Positions 1 through 12,706 of a stretch of DNA of 64,000 nucleotides are shown in pieces. Position 1 is the first letter of the stretch. Each line of letters starts with the position of its first letter. Position numbers and translations under genes: made by a program. Under the pieces are notes generated by a model. That model was not told the DNA's origin, ran no database searches, and saw only the letters and a list, made by a program, of their open reading frames with translations. This DNA comes from Balamuthia mandrillaris (taxonomy: Eukaryota): NCBI GenBank assembly GCA_031835245.2, contig JAVKOQ020000040.1:1-64000 (forward strand). The letters run 5' to 3'.

Positions 1-191
1 TTGACTACATTGAGTATAGTGGATTATGTAGGAGTGTACTGAGTTGGATACACTGAGTTAAGTGCAGTGACTTAAGTATTTATGATGTTTTAAAAGATGT
101 TTTTATAAACAAGGGGAAAAAATGTTCCACAACATAAAAAATAACCTTGAAAGAACAAACAACAATTAAAACAACTTCAAAATAAAAACAA

Positions 192-2424
192 TTACTTTAG
201 CAAAGGATCTTCCAAACTTTCCCAATAAAGTGTAAGCAAACCACGAGTTCTGCTTGTATCTGGTAGTTGAGTTTCCAAAATCCATACAGGTTGTATTTCC
301 CCTTGATATCTAACTTGAAATGTAGGAGCTGTGTCATCGTCTTGGAATTTGTGGTCCAATATGACTTCCAACAGTTTTCCTTCTTCTTTTTCTTTTTCTT
401 GTACTTCTTCTTCTTCTATCATCAACGAGTCTGTACTATCTTTTACTAGTCTTCTAAGTCTTTTGTGTCTTCTTTTTGGAATTGGTTCTTCTGTTTCCTC
501 ATTTTCCTGTTCCTCTTGTTCCATTTCACCTTCTGTGTCTTTTTGGTGGTCATCATCACTACATTGTTGTAGCCAGTTTGCAAGCAAATCTTCAAAAGTT
601 GGTGCCTGTGAGTCACTTTGCTCTATGTCTTCCAAACTTGAATCTTCCTCCTCTTCTGATTCTCCATCACTCTCCCAAGTTGAAGCTGATACATTGAGTC
701 CTTGTTGAAGTGTTTTTCGGATTCTTTGCACAATCTGTCGGCCTGTCATATGGTCTTGTTGGGCTGAAACTTTGGTGTAGTGCGTCTCATGTGTATTAAA
801 ACTATGAAGCATAGCACGAGCAAGCTTTCGCCTCAATTCATCCGGAAGGTCTATCTCCTTTGCTGCTGTAGCAATAGCAGCTCGAATCTTTCCAGGGGTA
901 ATTCCATTGATTCCACAAAACTTGTACATGAACAAGGACATACGTGTTCCTAGCCGAGTTTGTTGCTTACCAACTGTGTTGCAAAAGAAAAACTGGCTTT
1001 GAATCCTTCGTAATGGCCGAATAACCTTCTGGTAAACACGCATTATAGCTGAAGTCTCTGGTCCAAGCTCTGGGGAATACGGTGGCAAGTTTTGGTTAGC
1101 TGACTTGAAGTGGTGATAAAAAACCTTGTAAGTCTTTGTTTCCTTCTTCCAGTGCAAGGTCTTTCCGCCGATTTCCATATTGTAGAGGTTCTCTGATCGC
1201 AAAGGAACCTCGAACATGCAAAACTTCAACTGAACAAATACCGTCATCATTTGCCATTCATGCCTTGTCAAGTGACCTTTTTCCAAAGCCTTTTCCAACA
1301 GTGGTTTCCAAACTTCCTTTTCCATTCTTTCATAAACCTCCAACAATTCCGTATAGCTAATCCATCTGTTGTGTTCCACAAGATAATCCAAACTGTTCCG
1401 CAGGAGTTTGTTTTGTCTTGCTACATCTCGATGATTCGAAGCTGTTTGAGTAAGCCAAACCGAAAATTCCTCCACCATCTTTTTCCTCACTTGTTTGAAA
1501 TTGGGGTCCTGACGTGCCATTCGAGATAAACCAAAGCAAATCCATCGTTTGAGTGCCCAACAATAATTCCTAATGGTATCAAAACTGACAGGTACTTTGA
1601 CTGCTTCTTCTTCTTCTTCTTCTTCTTCTTTTTTTTCTTTCTTTCCTTCTTGTCTTCTTCTTCTTGCTGGGCAGGAAATCAAGAATGTAGCATTGAAAAA
1701 GTCCACACAGTATCCGATTTCAAAGAACATGGGAAAGTACCGCTGAATTGTTGTTTCATTGGTCCAATCCACTTCTCCATGTCCAGCACTTGGCTGTTTC
1801 CTTTTTGGAGCAGTAGTAGTAGAAGTAGAGGATGATGGTGATGAAGTAGCTGAAGATGAAGCAACTGAGGATGAGGAAGAAGAAGAAGAAGTTGTTTTTC
1901 TGACCGAGACTTGAATCAGTTCAGTGATGTATTCCACATACTTGTTGATATGTGAAAAGTATCCTCGGATGGTGGAAGGCTTTAGTTGAGTTAAGCGAAA
2001 CTGATCCCCCACAGGTTGTCCTTCCCAAGTCTTGTACTCATTCAAGAGTTCTTGCAAAACCAAAGGTATGGACACTGCTCTCATTCTATTTCGTCTCAAT
2101 GGATCTGTAGAGTCTGTCCGAGAACTTGAACGGTTTAGAAGGGCTTGCTTAGCATCTTCAAAATGCCAAGTTTGTTGTCTTTTTGCAACACATTTGTTCC
2201 CCTTCAAGTGTGAAACCAAACTGCTTTTCGTTTTAGTGGATGGAGTAGTTACAATACTCGCAAGTGAAACAGGGCATAGGCTTTGAACTATGCTTGAGCT
2301 TGAAGTGCTTCACTCCAGAGCGCTTGTGCTTAAATGAAGCAGCACATCCATCAAAAGCACAGTCCCACAGTTGTGTAATGGGATTTAAACATGCGTGGTA
2401 CACAGTCTTCTTCCATAATTCTTT
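192..2424 (-). pseudogene. Crypton-like tyrosine recombinase with N-terminal zinc fingers and C-terminal chromodomain-like region; frameshifted at 2237-2244
   Basis: ORF 192..2219 has YR motifs in order: PLRSEN (R), HFKSA (K), TPGKIR (second R), LARAMLHS (H), THY (Y). The C-terminus EVILDHK..TFQVRYQG..PVWILETQL resembles a chromodomain. Upstream sequence 2245-2424 reads, in another frame, WDCAFDGCAASFKHKRSGVKHFKLKH..FTCEYCNYS and joins the ORF frame if one TGGA copy is removed. Putative splice acceptor at 2425-2426; true start not located. Confidence 0.75.
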
Positions 2425-2511
2425 CTAGGTAGGAATAAAATAACAATAACAACAAAAACAACAGTAATAACAATGTAAGCGCTTTTAAAAAACGCTCACT
2501 TGGAAGGCAAT

Positions 2512-3017
2512 GATTAGATAGAGCTTTTTGTGGGCTACAAGTACATATAAAATACTTTACCTTTTCACACTGTTTTTGGTCCACAAACTTGGTTGTAAGT
2601 TATTTGTTTACAGCCGTTCTTTTGCTGCTCAGTGCAACGCAAACGGCAAATTGAGACCGCGATTAAATAGAGCTTTTTGTGGGCTACAAGTACATATAAA
2701 ATACTTTACCTTTTCACACTGTTTTTGGCCCACAAGTGTGATTGTAAACTACTCTTTTTCAGCCGTTCTTCTTCTGCTGCTCGGCGCAACGCAAACAGCA
2801 AATTGAGACCGCAATTAGATAGAGCTTTTCGTGGGCTACAAGTACATATAAAATACTTTACCTTTTCACACTGTTTTTCGCTCACAAGTTTGATTGTAAG
2901 TTATTTGTTCACAGCCAGCCGCTCTTTTGCTGCTCAGAGCAACGCAAACGGAAAACTAAGACCATGGTCAGATAGAACTTCTCATGGGCTACAAGTACAT
3001 ATAAAATACTTTACCTT
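2512..3017. repeat. Tandem array of ~3.3 units of 149-153 bp
   Basis: The 33-mer TGGGCTACAAGTACATATAAAATACTTTACCTT occurs unchanged at 2531, 2680, 2832 and 2985; the intervening segments are homologous but diverged. Confidence 0.95.
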
Positions 3018-3891
3018 GGCACTTGGTTGTAAGCCCACTATTACCTGACTTTTTCTTTTTTGTTTTTTTCCCTTGGAAGTTCCCGCTTTTCCCTTTATCC
3101 CCTTTCACACACACTTGCAGTTTCTTTCTTCTTTCTTTTACTTTTTTTTCTGCTTATTGGTATTCAAACCAAAAATGCCAAAAAATGCCAAATTTTGAAT
3201 GATGGATTATTTGGGATAAATTCCGCTTGAGGTTCAAAAAATTAATTTCTCCGCATCATAGCATTTACTGTTATTAAAAGTAAGTTCGTTGGAAAGAACA
3301 CATTTCATTCTACAAAAACCTTTTTTATTTTATTTTTTACTTGAAATACATCATAATAATTGCTATCCTATCACATTTTTCCATAATGGCTGCTGTTTCT
3401 GCCAACAATTCGCAAAGTCCTAGATTTGATTGGCACCGCTGCGCCAAAACGGTGCAGTCGGCGCAGCCTTTTGCAGCTTCAAATGCTCCATCACATTGTA
3501 TTCACATGCAAAATGGTTGACAATCCCATTATCTACAGCTTTTCCCCTTCAAAAGAATACTTTGTTCAAGATCGTAACTTTAAATGTGATCTAGAAAGGC
3601 TCTTACCAAAAATGGTAATAATCCCCTAACCCTAACAGTTTATAAAACGGATTGCTAGTGGTTTTGAAGGAAAGAATAAAGAGAAACAAATATAACTTCA
3701 CTAGATTGTATTAGAGAAAGAATTAAATCAAATATTGCAACATTTCTAAGAACATGTAGACAAGATTTGTGGGCTGTCTGTCTGAGTTAAAGTGCAAACA
3801 CTTGGGTAAGAGATGTTACTATTTTTTTTGACTCGAGAATGACATTAGTGCAAATGCTAGAGGTACTGTGTGTTAAAAGACAGTCTCTCCT

Positions 3892-6807
3892 TTAAACATG
3901 TTTGTAATTGTCATCACGTTTGTACTTGAGATCAGCAAAGGAATTTGAGGTCATCTTGCGGTAGCCATCCCGCAAAGGGCCGTGGAAATTGATGGTATCT
4001 CCTACAAGATAACCCCAAAGGTTCACCTCTGTAGGATATATAACTACAAGTCGATTCCCATCAACTATGTAAAGTGAATAAGAAAGGAAGAAGGATGAGC
4101 AACCCAAGTTTCCAACGGGAGAGGAGAGGAGAGGAGAGGAGAGCAGAGCAGAGCAGAGCAGAGCAGAGCAGAGCAGAGCAGAGCAGAGAAGAGGAGAGGA
4201 GGGGAGGGGAGAGGAGAGGAGAGCAGAGGAGAGGAAAGCAGAGGAGAGGAGATAACAATCACAAATGAAAACAACACACACGAAAACGTACTGAAGGTGT
4301 TCAACGTTTTGGTGACTTTGCCTGCGTAGGAGAATATGGTCTTCATTGAGCCGTCAGGTTCCTCGCCTTCATTGAGCAAGAAGTAGCCCTTGCCTGGACC
4401 TACCCACAGCTTGTTGACAGGGAAATCAGGATGCCTCAAGCTCTGTAACGCCTCCAAGTCGCCCGAAGGTTCAAAGCTGTGGAAGTGTTCAGGAATCCGG
4501 TGTCTGAACAGGGTCCACTTGGCGTCTTTGAGCAGCTTCAATGCAGCGTTGTAAAAGGTGGAGATCTTGGCCTCCCAAAGAGGAGCACGGAAGGATTCAT
4601 CGGGTGTTAGTCTCACTAACCAACGAGCACCTGCTGTCACAGCCTTTGAAAAGAGAAACGAGAAAAGAAGGAAAAAAAACGAGTCCAGGAGAGAGAGAGA
4701 GAGAGAGAGAGGTGATGTGAAAACAAATTAGGATAGAGTTAGATAAATCACAACGGTATGAGATGTTAAAAGGGTTACTCACATCCTTGGAATCTCCGTG
4801 CTCAACAAGATAGGCCATCACCTTTGGGAGGTTCTGCCGTTCCCACTCTGCCAGCTTGCCCCTGTAATTAGGAACGTCTGCGTAAAGATCGCAGACGGAC
4901 TCCAGCATCTTGCCAAACTGAGCTTCATTCTCAAACCCGGTCTCGCCGTTGATCCTTTCATCAAACTTGCTCAGCACGCTGTTAGCCAGCTCATTGGTGA
5001 GTTTAGGCACATCAGTGGTCAGGCGCTTGACGGTGAAGTGACCAGCCTCCAAGTCGCGGTTGAACTGGTCTGTAATGGTGGCAATATGTGGAGAATCCGG
5101 AACATGCTACAAAGAGAGATGCAGGTAAAACAGGGAAGAGAAAAGAAGAAAGAGATGAGAAAATTAAAAGGGTATGCCAGGTACCTCGGTAGTATACTTG
5201 GCGATGTTGCGCAACGTGTTGGAGACCCAGGAATACTTATTGGTGTATAGTGCTGGAAACTTTTGGGTAAAGGGGATAAAGTTTTCTACGACTTTGTTCT
5301 CTTCGAGCCAAGCCCAAGCGATGTCCCATTCCTCCTTTCCTGCCATCCTATCGAACCACGACATGTACACGAAAGGTTCGACATATCTGGTGTTGTTTCA
5401 AAGCCAAAGGATAAACAAGAAGAAGAAGAAGAAGAACAAGAACAAGAAGAACACGAACAAGCACTTACTCATTAGCAATTTCAGGTTCGGCCTCACCATA
5501 CTGAGCAATCCGTTCGTAGAGAGTGGAGATGACTTCGGGATGATCAAAGATCTTGAGAGTGGGCAACAAGTCTTGCTCAGGGAAGATGGACGACCATGCC
5601 ACGAACTTGGCAACCGCCTGTTTGATGGTGCTGCTGGTGCCGCCGGTGGCCCAAGTGTCTTGCTTGCTATCGACGTCGTCACGTCCTGTGAAGGCCATGA
5701 CACGCTGCAACAAGTCAGAGGTGCTCATCCATGCTTTCGCTCTCTTGAGTCCTGGCTCCATCTTTTATTCAGAGCAAACGAACATGAGCAGACCACAAGA
5801 CACAAAGCTGAAATACGAAAGTGGAATTGAAGAAAGAAGAAAGAAGCTCATAACGGAATAAAGAACAACAGAAAGGCAGCTAACAAACCTTGCTTCCCCT
5901 GGGGCAACGGTTGGCAAATACAGCACGCAACAGCTCCAGGCCGCAGAGGACCTTCAGTGTGTTGTCGCTCTTGGCCAGCCTATCCACGAAATCGTTCAAC
6001 CGATCCAATAGTCCCGAGTCCAACAGCTTGCCATAGTTCTCGGCATCACTCTTACAAATGTTGACCAGCAGCTTAAAGTCGGGAGAGGCGTCAGGAGTGC
6101 CGACCTCCAACACCTCCTCCAAGCCGGCCTTGGAGCACAGTTTAAGGACGCTCTTCTCCTGTTGGTTGCGCTGAAATTCGAAGTGGAGGGCCAGAGTGAT
6201 GGTGCCGGAGACCTCGTCCTCCTTCTTCTTCTTGTTTGTGCCTTCGGGTTTCTTCCTGGGTTGAACCTCAAAGGAACGCTCGAACCTCGGTTGGAGGTCC
6301 CAGGACTCTATCTCTTCAGCCGAGAGGAAGACCTCTCCCATGAAGTCGTCAGTCAGGATGTCTTTATCATACACCTGCAAAGAAAGAATAAGAACGAATG
6401 AAAGGAGAAGAACGAATCAGAAAAGAAAGCTAGATTGAAAAACAAAAGAAGCTAAAGACCTCCAGCTTTAAGCCAACCCATGGCCCATCGTTCAGAGTGT
6501 TGAAAGAGACAGGAGGGTGGTTCCACACGGGGTTCAAGTCCTTGTCGATGACTTGGGTTCGGTGCTCCTGGTTACCGGCAGCCGAGGAGGACCCTCCTTT
6601 GCTCTTCTTCTTGTTCTTTCCCTTCTTCTTCTTGAGGGCGTCCCCTTGGTAGGCCAGGGGAACCAGCCCGAACTTGCAGTAAGGGTCGGAGGTTCCGCCC
6701 CGATCCTTGGCCGCGAGGTCGTTTCCACGCAGCACCTCCACCGTCAGCGTTCCCATTCTTGTGAACGGTTGCGGCTGTGACGACGACGAAGACGAAGCGG
6801 AGGACAT
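3892..6807 (-). CDS. Multi-exon protein with N-terminal C2 domain and uncharacterised helical C-terminal region
   Basis: GTLTVEVLRGNDLAAKDRGGTSDPYCK, TQVIDKDLNPVWN and VYDKDILTDDFMGEV are C2 motifs. Successive minus-strand ORF pieces are linked by GT-AG introns down to the stop at 3892. Confidence 0.8.
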
Positions 6808-7552
6808 TATAGCCAATATATAAGATTATAAAATGGTTAGCTTGTGTTTTGTTTTGCTTTGGTGTGCAGTGTGCTGCAAAGGGAAGAAAGAAGAAGAAGA
6901 AGAAAGAGAAGGAAAAAAAAATAAAGTCCAAGTAAACAAATGAATGGAAAGAAAACGGCAAAAAATGAAAAAGTCGGAAAATAAAGTAAAGGCTTCAGTC
7001 AGGTTGCTGTGGCGGAGATCCTTGCGTTTACGTTCCCAGCAACCAACCTATCTTATCTCAACCAACTTTGGTGTGACGTGTGTTAAGGTGAATTAAGACA
7101 GAATTTTCGATTTTGGAAGCGTTACCACCACCGCTGCCATGGGCCAGATTCAGAACAGCCGCCATACCTTCTTTGCAATGGCTCTGCATAGACACCTTTG
7201 CTGACTTTCTTTCTTTTTCTGTTTCTTCTTCTTCTTCTTGTCTTTTTCCACTTTTCTTCAAACATTCGCTTCAAACACACATACCACAACAGACACAGCA
7301 ACCAGTCGTACTTCTGCTGGACTTTTTGAACGGCTGCTTTTCCATTGAAAGCAAAGCAACTGATTGGCAGCGGTCTTTCTTGCTTTTTCTCCGCCAACCG
7401 GTTCGTCGGTCCTCCTCAGGAGCATCCGGTGGAACCCAACGCCAGTGGATTCAGTTGTGTTCTTAAGTGAACAGCAAAAAATAATAAAAATAACACACCT
7501 TCAATAATGAAATCAGGTATATCACAGAGGCTGTAGAATACGACCGAGAAGG

Positions 7553-8287
7553 ATGTGGGAGGCAACGGAAGAGCAAGGTGATGAGGCATTTGACCTTTTC
7601 GGAATTGAAGTTCCTGCCTTGAAGGAACTCGTGGCTCGTTTCCTTGTGAGCTCACTTCAGGAAATACAAAGTTCCTCTTCTTCTGACGATACAAAACTCC
7701 CTTCTTCCAATTTCGTTCCCAAGTGGAACTTTTGTGAGGATGTTAAACCGGTGCTCCAACGCTTCCTGAGCGTAGAGCAACAACGACAGTTCTTTACCCC
7801 TACTGAAGTCACTCTCTGGCACGAGCTTAATCCCACCTCCAAACGGGTCCAACTTCGTTTCAACGAAAATGACAAGACTACAACAAGTGGAACGCTGCAT
7901 GGTCACCACGCCGTCACCTACTACTACCCTTGTGGAGCCGTTCAAAGCACTCTTTGTTGTGAGAACGGACGACCCCTGCGAGAGTCACATTGGTCTCCGC
8001 ACGGCCAGCTCCTCTTTCAAAGGTGCTTTGAGGGAGTCCGAGAGCACCAACAGCGCTGCTGGATGAACAACACCAACAAACTCGACGCTATTTATATTCC
8101 AACTGTTGCTAGCAGGTTGCTCGATGAGATGAGAACAGAAGAGAAGAGAAATAGAAGACAAAGCACAGAAACACAAGCACTACCGGCAGCTTCATGGCTC
8201 GATCTTTCACATATGCCAAGAGCTCCACTGAAGGGCCCCCCTCCTCCACTCCAAAATCCTCCTTGTTGTCCATGGGAACATCAATGA
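7553..8287 (+). CDS. Hypothetical protein with possible MORN-variant repeats
   Basis: 244-aa ORF of ordinary composition. LHGHHAVTYYYPCGAVQSTLCCENG and HWSPHGQL resemble the MORN_2 pattern (LHG..YY.NG....Y.NG). Confidence 0.45.
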   Translation: MWEATEEQGDEAFDLFGIEVPALKELVARFLVSSLQEIQSSSSSDDTKLPSSNFVPKWNFCEDVKPVLQRFLSVEQQRQFFTPTEVTLWHELNPTSKRVQLRFNENDKTTTSGTLHGHHAVTYYYPCGAVQSTLCCENGRPLRESHWSPHGQLLFQRCFEGVREHQQRCWMNNTNKLDAIYIPTVASRLLDEMRTEEKRNRRQSTETQALPAASWLDLSHMPRAPLKGPPPPLQNPPCCPWEHQ

Positions 8288-8421
8288 ACGTCGAGCAAGA
8301 CAGAGCCTAGAGACACGAAGAGAAGTTGAGGCAAAAATTCACCAACACTTATTCTTAGGAAGATCAACCATCATGGCGTTTTTTGTTACAATGGGAAGAA
8401 CAACTACTACAATTTCAATCA

Positions 8422-9120
8422 TTACCCAGAGAAGCTGACCTCTCCGACATCAATAATATTATGGCTTTCTTGTAGCCTAATAGTTATTAACTGGCTTTTT
8501 TCTTGTTCGGGGCGGCCATAGTTGGTGAATACACTCAATAGAATGGTGGTACCCCCAGTTATGGTTTGACTGCGGCTAGCAAAGTACTTGGCACGTATTT
8601 TGTAGGTACCTTGAGGTGCCTTGCGTATCATATATTCCTCCGGGCCATATCCCTGTAGTAGTAGTTATTATTTATTTTTGTTAATGAGAATAACGGTGAG
8701 AAAAGAATGTGAGCAAGATTACATACATCCATAAAGTCACGAGAGACAAGACCACCATAACTTGTGTTCTTATGCCCAAAGTACGCTTCTTCTCCAGTGG
8801 GTTCTATGACATGGATGTCGATGTCCGTGTTGTCTGTAATACAATTTAGCAATATTACAAAAAACAACAAAATAAAAAAAGCTGACCTGTGTCCCATGCC
8901 ATGGATATCCTAAGGTCAAGGTCGAATCGGTGAATTAACGATTTAGCAATGGGGCAATCCACTGTAATGCCTTCATGTTTGCAAAAGTCAAGAATGCGAT
9001 TTGCTTCCACCAATGCGGTAAGCTCAATCTCCCTAAAGTCATCCCTCCAAGCCCCTAACACTACTTCATTCAAAAGCTCAAGGGCTCTGTAGTGGAATGG
9101 TCTTGATTAAAACCAACGAA

Positions 9121-9159
<39 letters not shown>

Positions 9160-12100
9160 GGTAGAGGAAATAAAAGGGAAACCTTTGGTATTCTTTTCTC
9201 TTTTGAATTACCAGGGCCAAGTCGCGGTAGGATTGAGGTTCCTTCGGCCTTAATGCCAAAACTTTTTCAAATAATAACGCTGCTTGCTCAACTTCTCCTT
9301 TTTGATCCAGCTGTTGTTCAACTATAATGTGAGAAAGTGCTAAAGCAAAGATTATTGAACGTTTATACCTTGTAGCCAACAACTCTGAAGAGTTGAGGAT
9401 TGTCAATACCCAGCTCCAGAATGGTGCTCAGAACACGCAGTCCCAAAAAGTTGTCTTCTTTCTGAAAGAAGTATTCACAGCAATCTAAAAAGAACGCAGG
9501 ACTTGAGCCATAGTCTTCTCGTTGTGCCAGGTACTCTTTATATGAATCGTTAATTTTGGAATGCTTTTTGATGGCTGTCATGTAGGGTGTCTTTGGCTAC
9601 AGATTTCAATAAGCGGTTGTCAGAGAGAGTGAGGGAGGAGAGAGAGAGAGAGAGGGGGGGGCATCCCACGCCTTGAGAGATATGGCAGCAGAGGCGGGTT
9701 TTGGTGCACGGTCACTCTTGCTAGCTGACTCCTTTTTGCGCTTGTTCTTTGCTGCAGAAGGCGCAACACTCTTTTTCTTTGCTGCGGATGGTGCAGCGCA
9801 CTTCTTTTCTTTCTCGCAAGATTCTGAACGGAGCACCTCTCTTTCCACCTCCATTTCTTTTTCCTTTTCAGCAGCAAAACAACAGTCTTCCTCCGCCTCT
9901 TCCTCCGACTCGTCACAATCAGAGTCGTCACAATCGTAACTTCTCGTCACACTTAGCTTCTCACTCGATGTTATTGGAGGGGATTTCCACCATTCTACCC
10001 GGTTACGCCAAAGGCTCTCCACTCTTGACAGCTTATCAGCTCGTCTGGCCTCTTCAGTCTGTGTTTGTTGACGTGCATTTGCCAAATATTGCTCTCTCAA
10101 CTCTGGAAGAGAACGAGGAGGAGCAATATGTTGTTGTTGATACTTAAAAAAAGATAGAAAAAAATGAGAAGGTTACTTTCAATAGCCCGCAAAAGCAAAA
10201 CCAATAGGAGATGCTAACCTCTGCCAAGGATTGAAGAATGAGCAAAGAGGTTCCAGGAGTTGCAAATCCAAATGTACGGCCCAGTTCCATGATTTCTTTT
10301 CGGGATGATGATTAGTTTAGTTGAACAGCATAAAATGTAATTGTTCTTTTACCTTTCTTGTGGTTGTCTGCAAACATGGAGAGTGCAGTTACTTTGCGTT
10401 GAGCCCACTGCCTAGAAATGAGAGACTTGCTAGGGCCGATATCTTTAGCTGATAATTTGACAGTTACCTAAGACAATAAAGTTGAAGGAGGAAGAATCAC
10501 AACAAGATATGAGTTTGATGATACGCAAGAAAGAGTAAAGAACGACTTGGTTACCGATTTAGTGACAGTATTGCCAAACCCGTAGTTCAGCGTTAATGTA
10601 GCTTCATCCACTTTGAGGATACCACTTAACGAAAAGTTTCCTCTGCCATCTTTTGTCGACCAAAATTAGCCTACTAGAGTAAACAAAGGAGGGAAAAAGA
10701 TAACGAACCTGCATCCTCAATCAAGGGCTTCGGGTGAGAAGGATAGACTTCAGTTATCTCTTTAGTGTCATAATCCACTGACAGAAAACTGAACGCCTGT
10801 TTGCCGATAATAGGAAGAACTTGTTCATCAGAAGAGACTTGATTCAGGTCGAAGAAATGGCCTCCGGACTGCTGGGCAACATAACTGAACAACAACAACA
10901 ACAACATTAAACCAAATAAAACGATATGATATCCGTTGTACCAAATATCTTCAACGAAACGAAGGAGGAGAAGCTCAACGTACTTGAGAAGATTTTGGTT
11001 GGTGTTTGGAACAGTGGAAAAGGCATAGATAGGAACTTCCAAAGTGTCTGGTACTGCTTTCCCAATGTTGCCAACGCCGTCAGAGAACAACAAAAAGAAA
11101 TCGTAGGCTGCGCATTCTTCTGCTTCATCCGCAGCTCTGGCTTTGGGAGCTCGAATGGCACCTGTATTTGTTCCTCCATCGAACGGCAGCTTTTCAAGAA
11201 ATGCAATGATTTCTTTGGCTAATAATAATTTCGGAGGAGTACTCGTATGAGCTGGAGAACTTCATAGAAACAGGGCTAAAAGGAAGTACCTGGTTCGCCC
11301 TTTGTCACACTAAACGAAGTAGGTGGCTCCAACACGTTACGAAGGATGAAGACATCGACCAGGATCTGTTTGCATTCAAATTCAGCAAATACGTGGCGAA
11401 ACAGCAAGTCCAACAACTTTTTCTCTCTGTCCAAATCAGCCTGCGCTCTGGATAGCGAAGCATCGAAGATGAGGCCCAAGCAAAGCGTCTCCTTTTGGTT
11501 GCTCTCTGACTGAGTTTCGTATTCCGGAAAGTCGTTGACCAGGAAAAAGGTTCGCTCCTCCGAGTCGTCACTGTCCTCCGCCAGGATGAGTTTTTTCTCC
11601 AGTACAACCTGTGGTGAAGAAGGGGCTGGTTTGTTGGTTGGAACAGCGATCACCAGTGGCTTCTTCAACTCCACGTTGGTCGAGTTGTGCTCCAGCACAA
11701 AGCTCAGTTCGTCCTCTTTTGCAATCAACACAAAGAAAAAACAAGGTGAGTGAAAGAAAAGGAAAGGCCGAATGAACAGATGTTCACAAACTAACCGGAA
11801 AACTCCATGCCACCACCCTCCAAGGAACCAGGGTCTTGGAGTTCCGGCTTGTTGCTGCTTTTATCGCCACCGTCCTGCAGCACCTCTACCCTCAATGACA
11901 TCTTGGAAATAGTTTCGGCAAAGATAAGAGGGAGCACGCACAGGGCAGAACCAGACGAGTCCGAAGAAGGAACGGTGTGACTGAGGTAGGTCACTTGAAC
12001 CGTCTTTGTGTTGTTGGCAGGGATGGGGTACACCCGCACACGGAAGCTGTTGCTGCTGCCCTTGGTGTCTTCCACCAGGCCCGCAGCCTTGCCCTTGCGG

Positions 12101-12706
12101 ACCGCATCCTCAAAGGCAACGCGAGCCTGTTCTTTCTCCACTGGAATAGCGCTCACCAGTTGTCCGTTCACGTCTGTTATTGGCGGTGGGGCATTGTTCA
12201 ACAAGCTTAAGACAGAGCAAAAAAGAAAGGGACAAAGAAGAAAACAGAACTTGCAAGAAAACAACAGCGGCAAGAGGCAAGATGAAGAGCAATGCACGAA
12301 AACAAGCACACAAAGAAGGAGAGACCCAGAAAAAGAAGTAAGTACCCATGGCATAACCGCAAACAACGCCGTCAGCAGGAAGCGGGAGGACGAGGTCTCC
12401 CTCCAGGTTTGAGCTGCGTTTGTTTTGGAAGGTGAGGTCCACAGTGGTCTCCACAATTTGGCCGCTGATCTGTACCCTCACGTCCAGCTGGTCTACGGCC
12501 AGTTCAGCCAGGTGTCTGTCTCCCGGTTCTTGCACGGAGAGATGAGCCGGTTCGAATTGGGTGCCACCCCACGTTACAAAACCGTGCGCTACTCGTCCTT
12601 CATCCTTGCCTTTGGGCGTCTTCACGCTGGGCGGCGAGTCCACCAGCTCTTTTCCCTTCTTCTCCTTCTTTTGCTTTTTGTCCTTGCCGAACCACTTGGA
12701 GAACAT
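8422..12706 (-). CDS. Multi-exon VIT domain / vWA-like / TPR / DUF2135-type protein (bacterial-type architecture)
   Basis: [65 protein letters not shown]. Central IFDASLSR and LFSDGV motifs. TPR-like [21 protein letters not shown]-terminal [37 protein letters not shown] typical of DUF2135 proteins. Confidence 0.8.

Noticed and set aside
1..80. Degenerate short-period repeats at the window start as the YR element terminus
   Set aside because: Cut off by the window edge, and no matching counterpart was found on the other side of the gene.
2512..3017. CRISPR-like array (33-bp invariant repeat)
   Set aside because: Intervening segments are ~118 bp and homologous to one another rather than unique spacers; eukaryotic context and no cas genes.
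3624..3635. CCCTAACCCTAA telomere-like repeat
   Set aside because: Only two units; compatible with chance.
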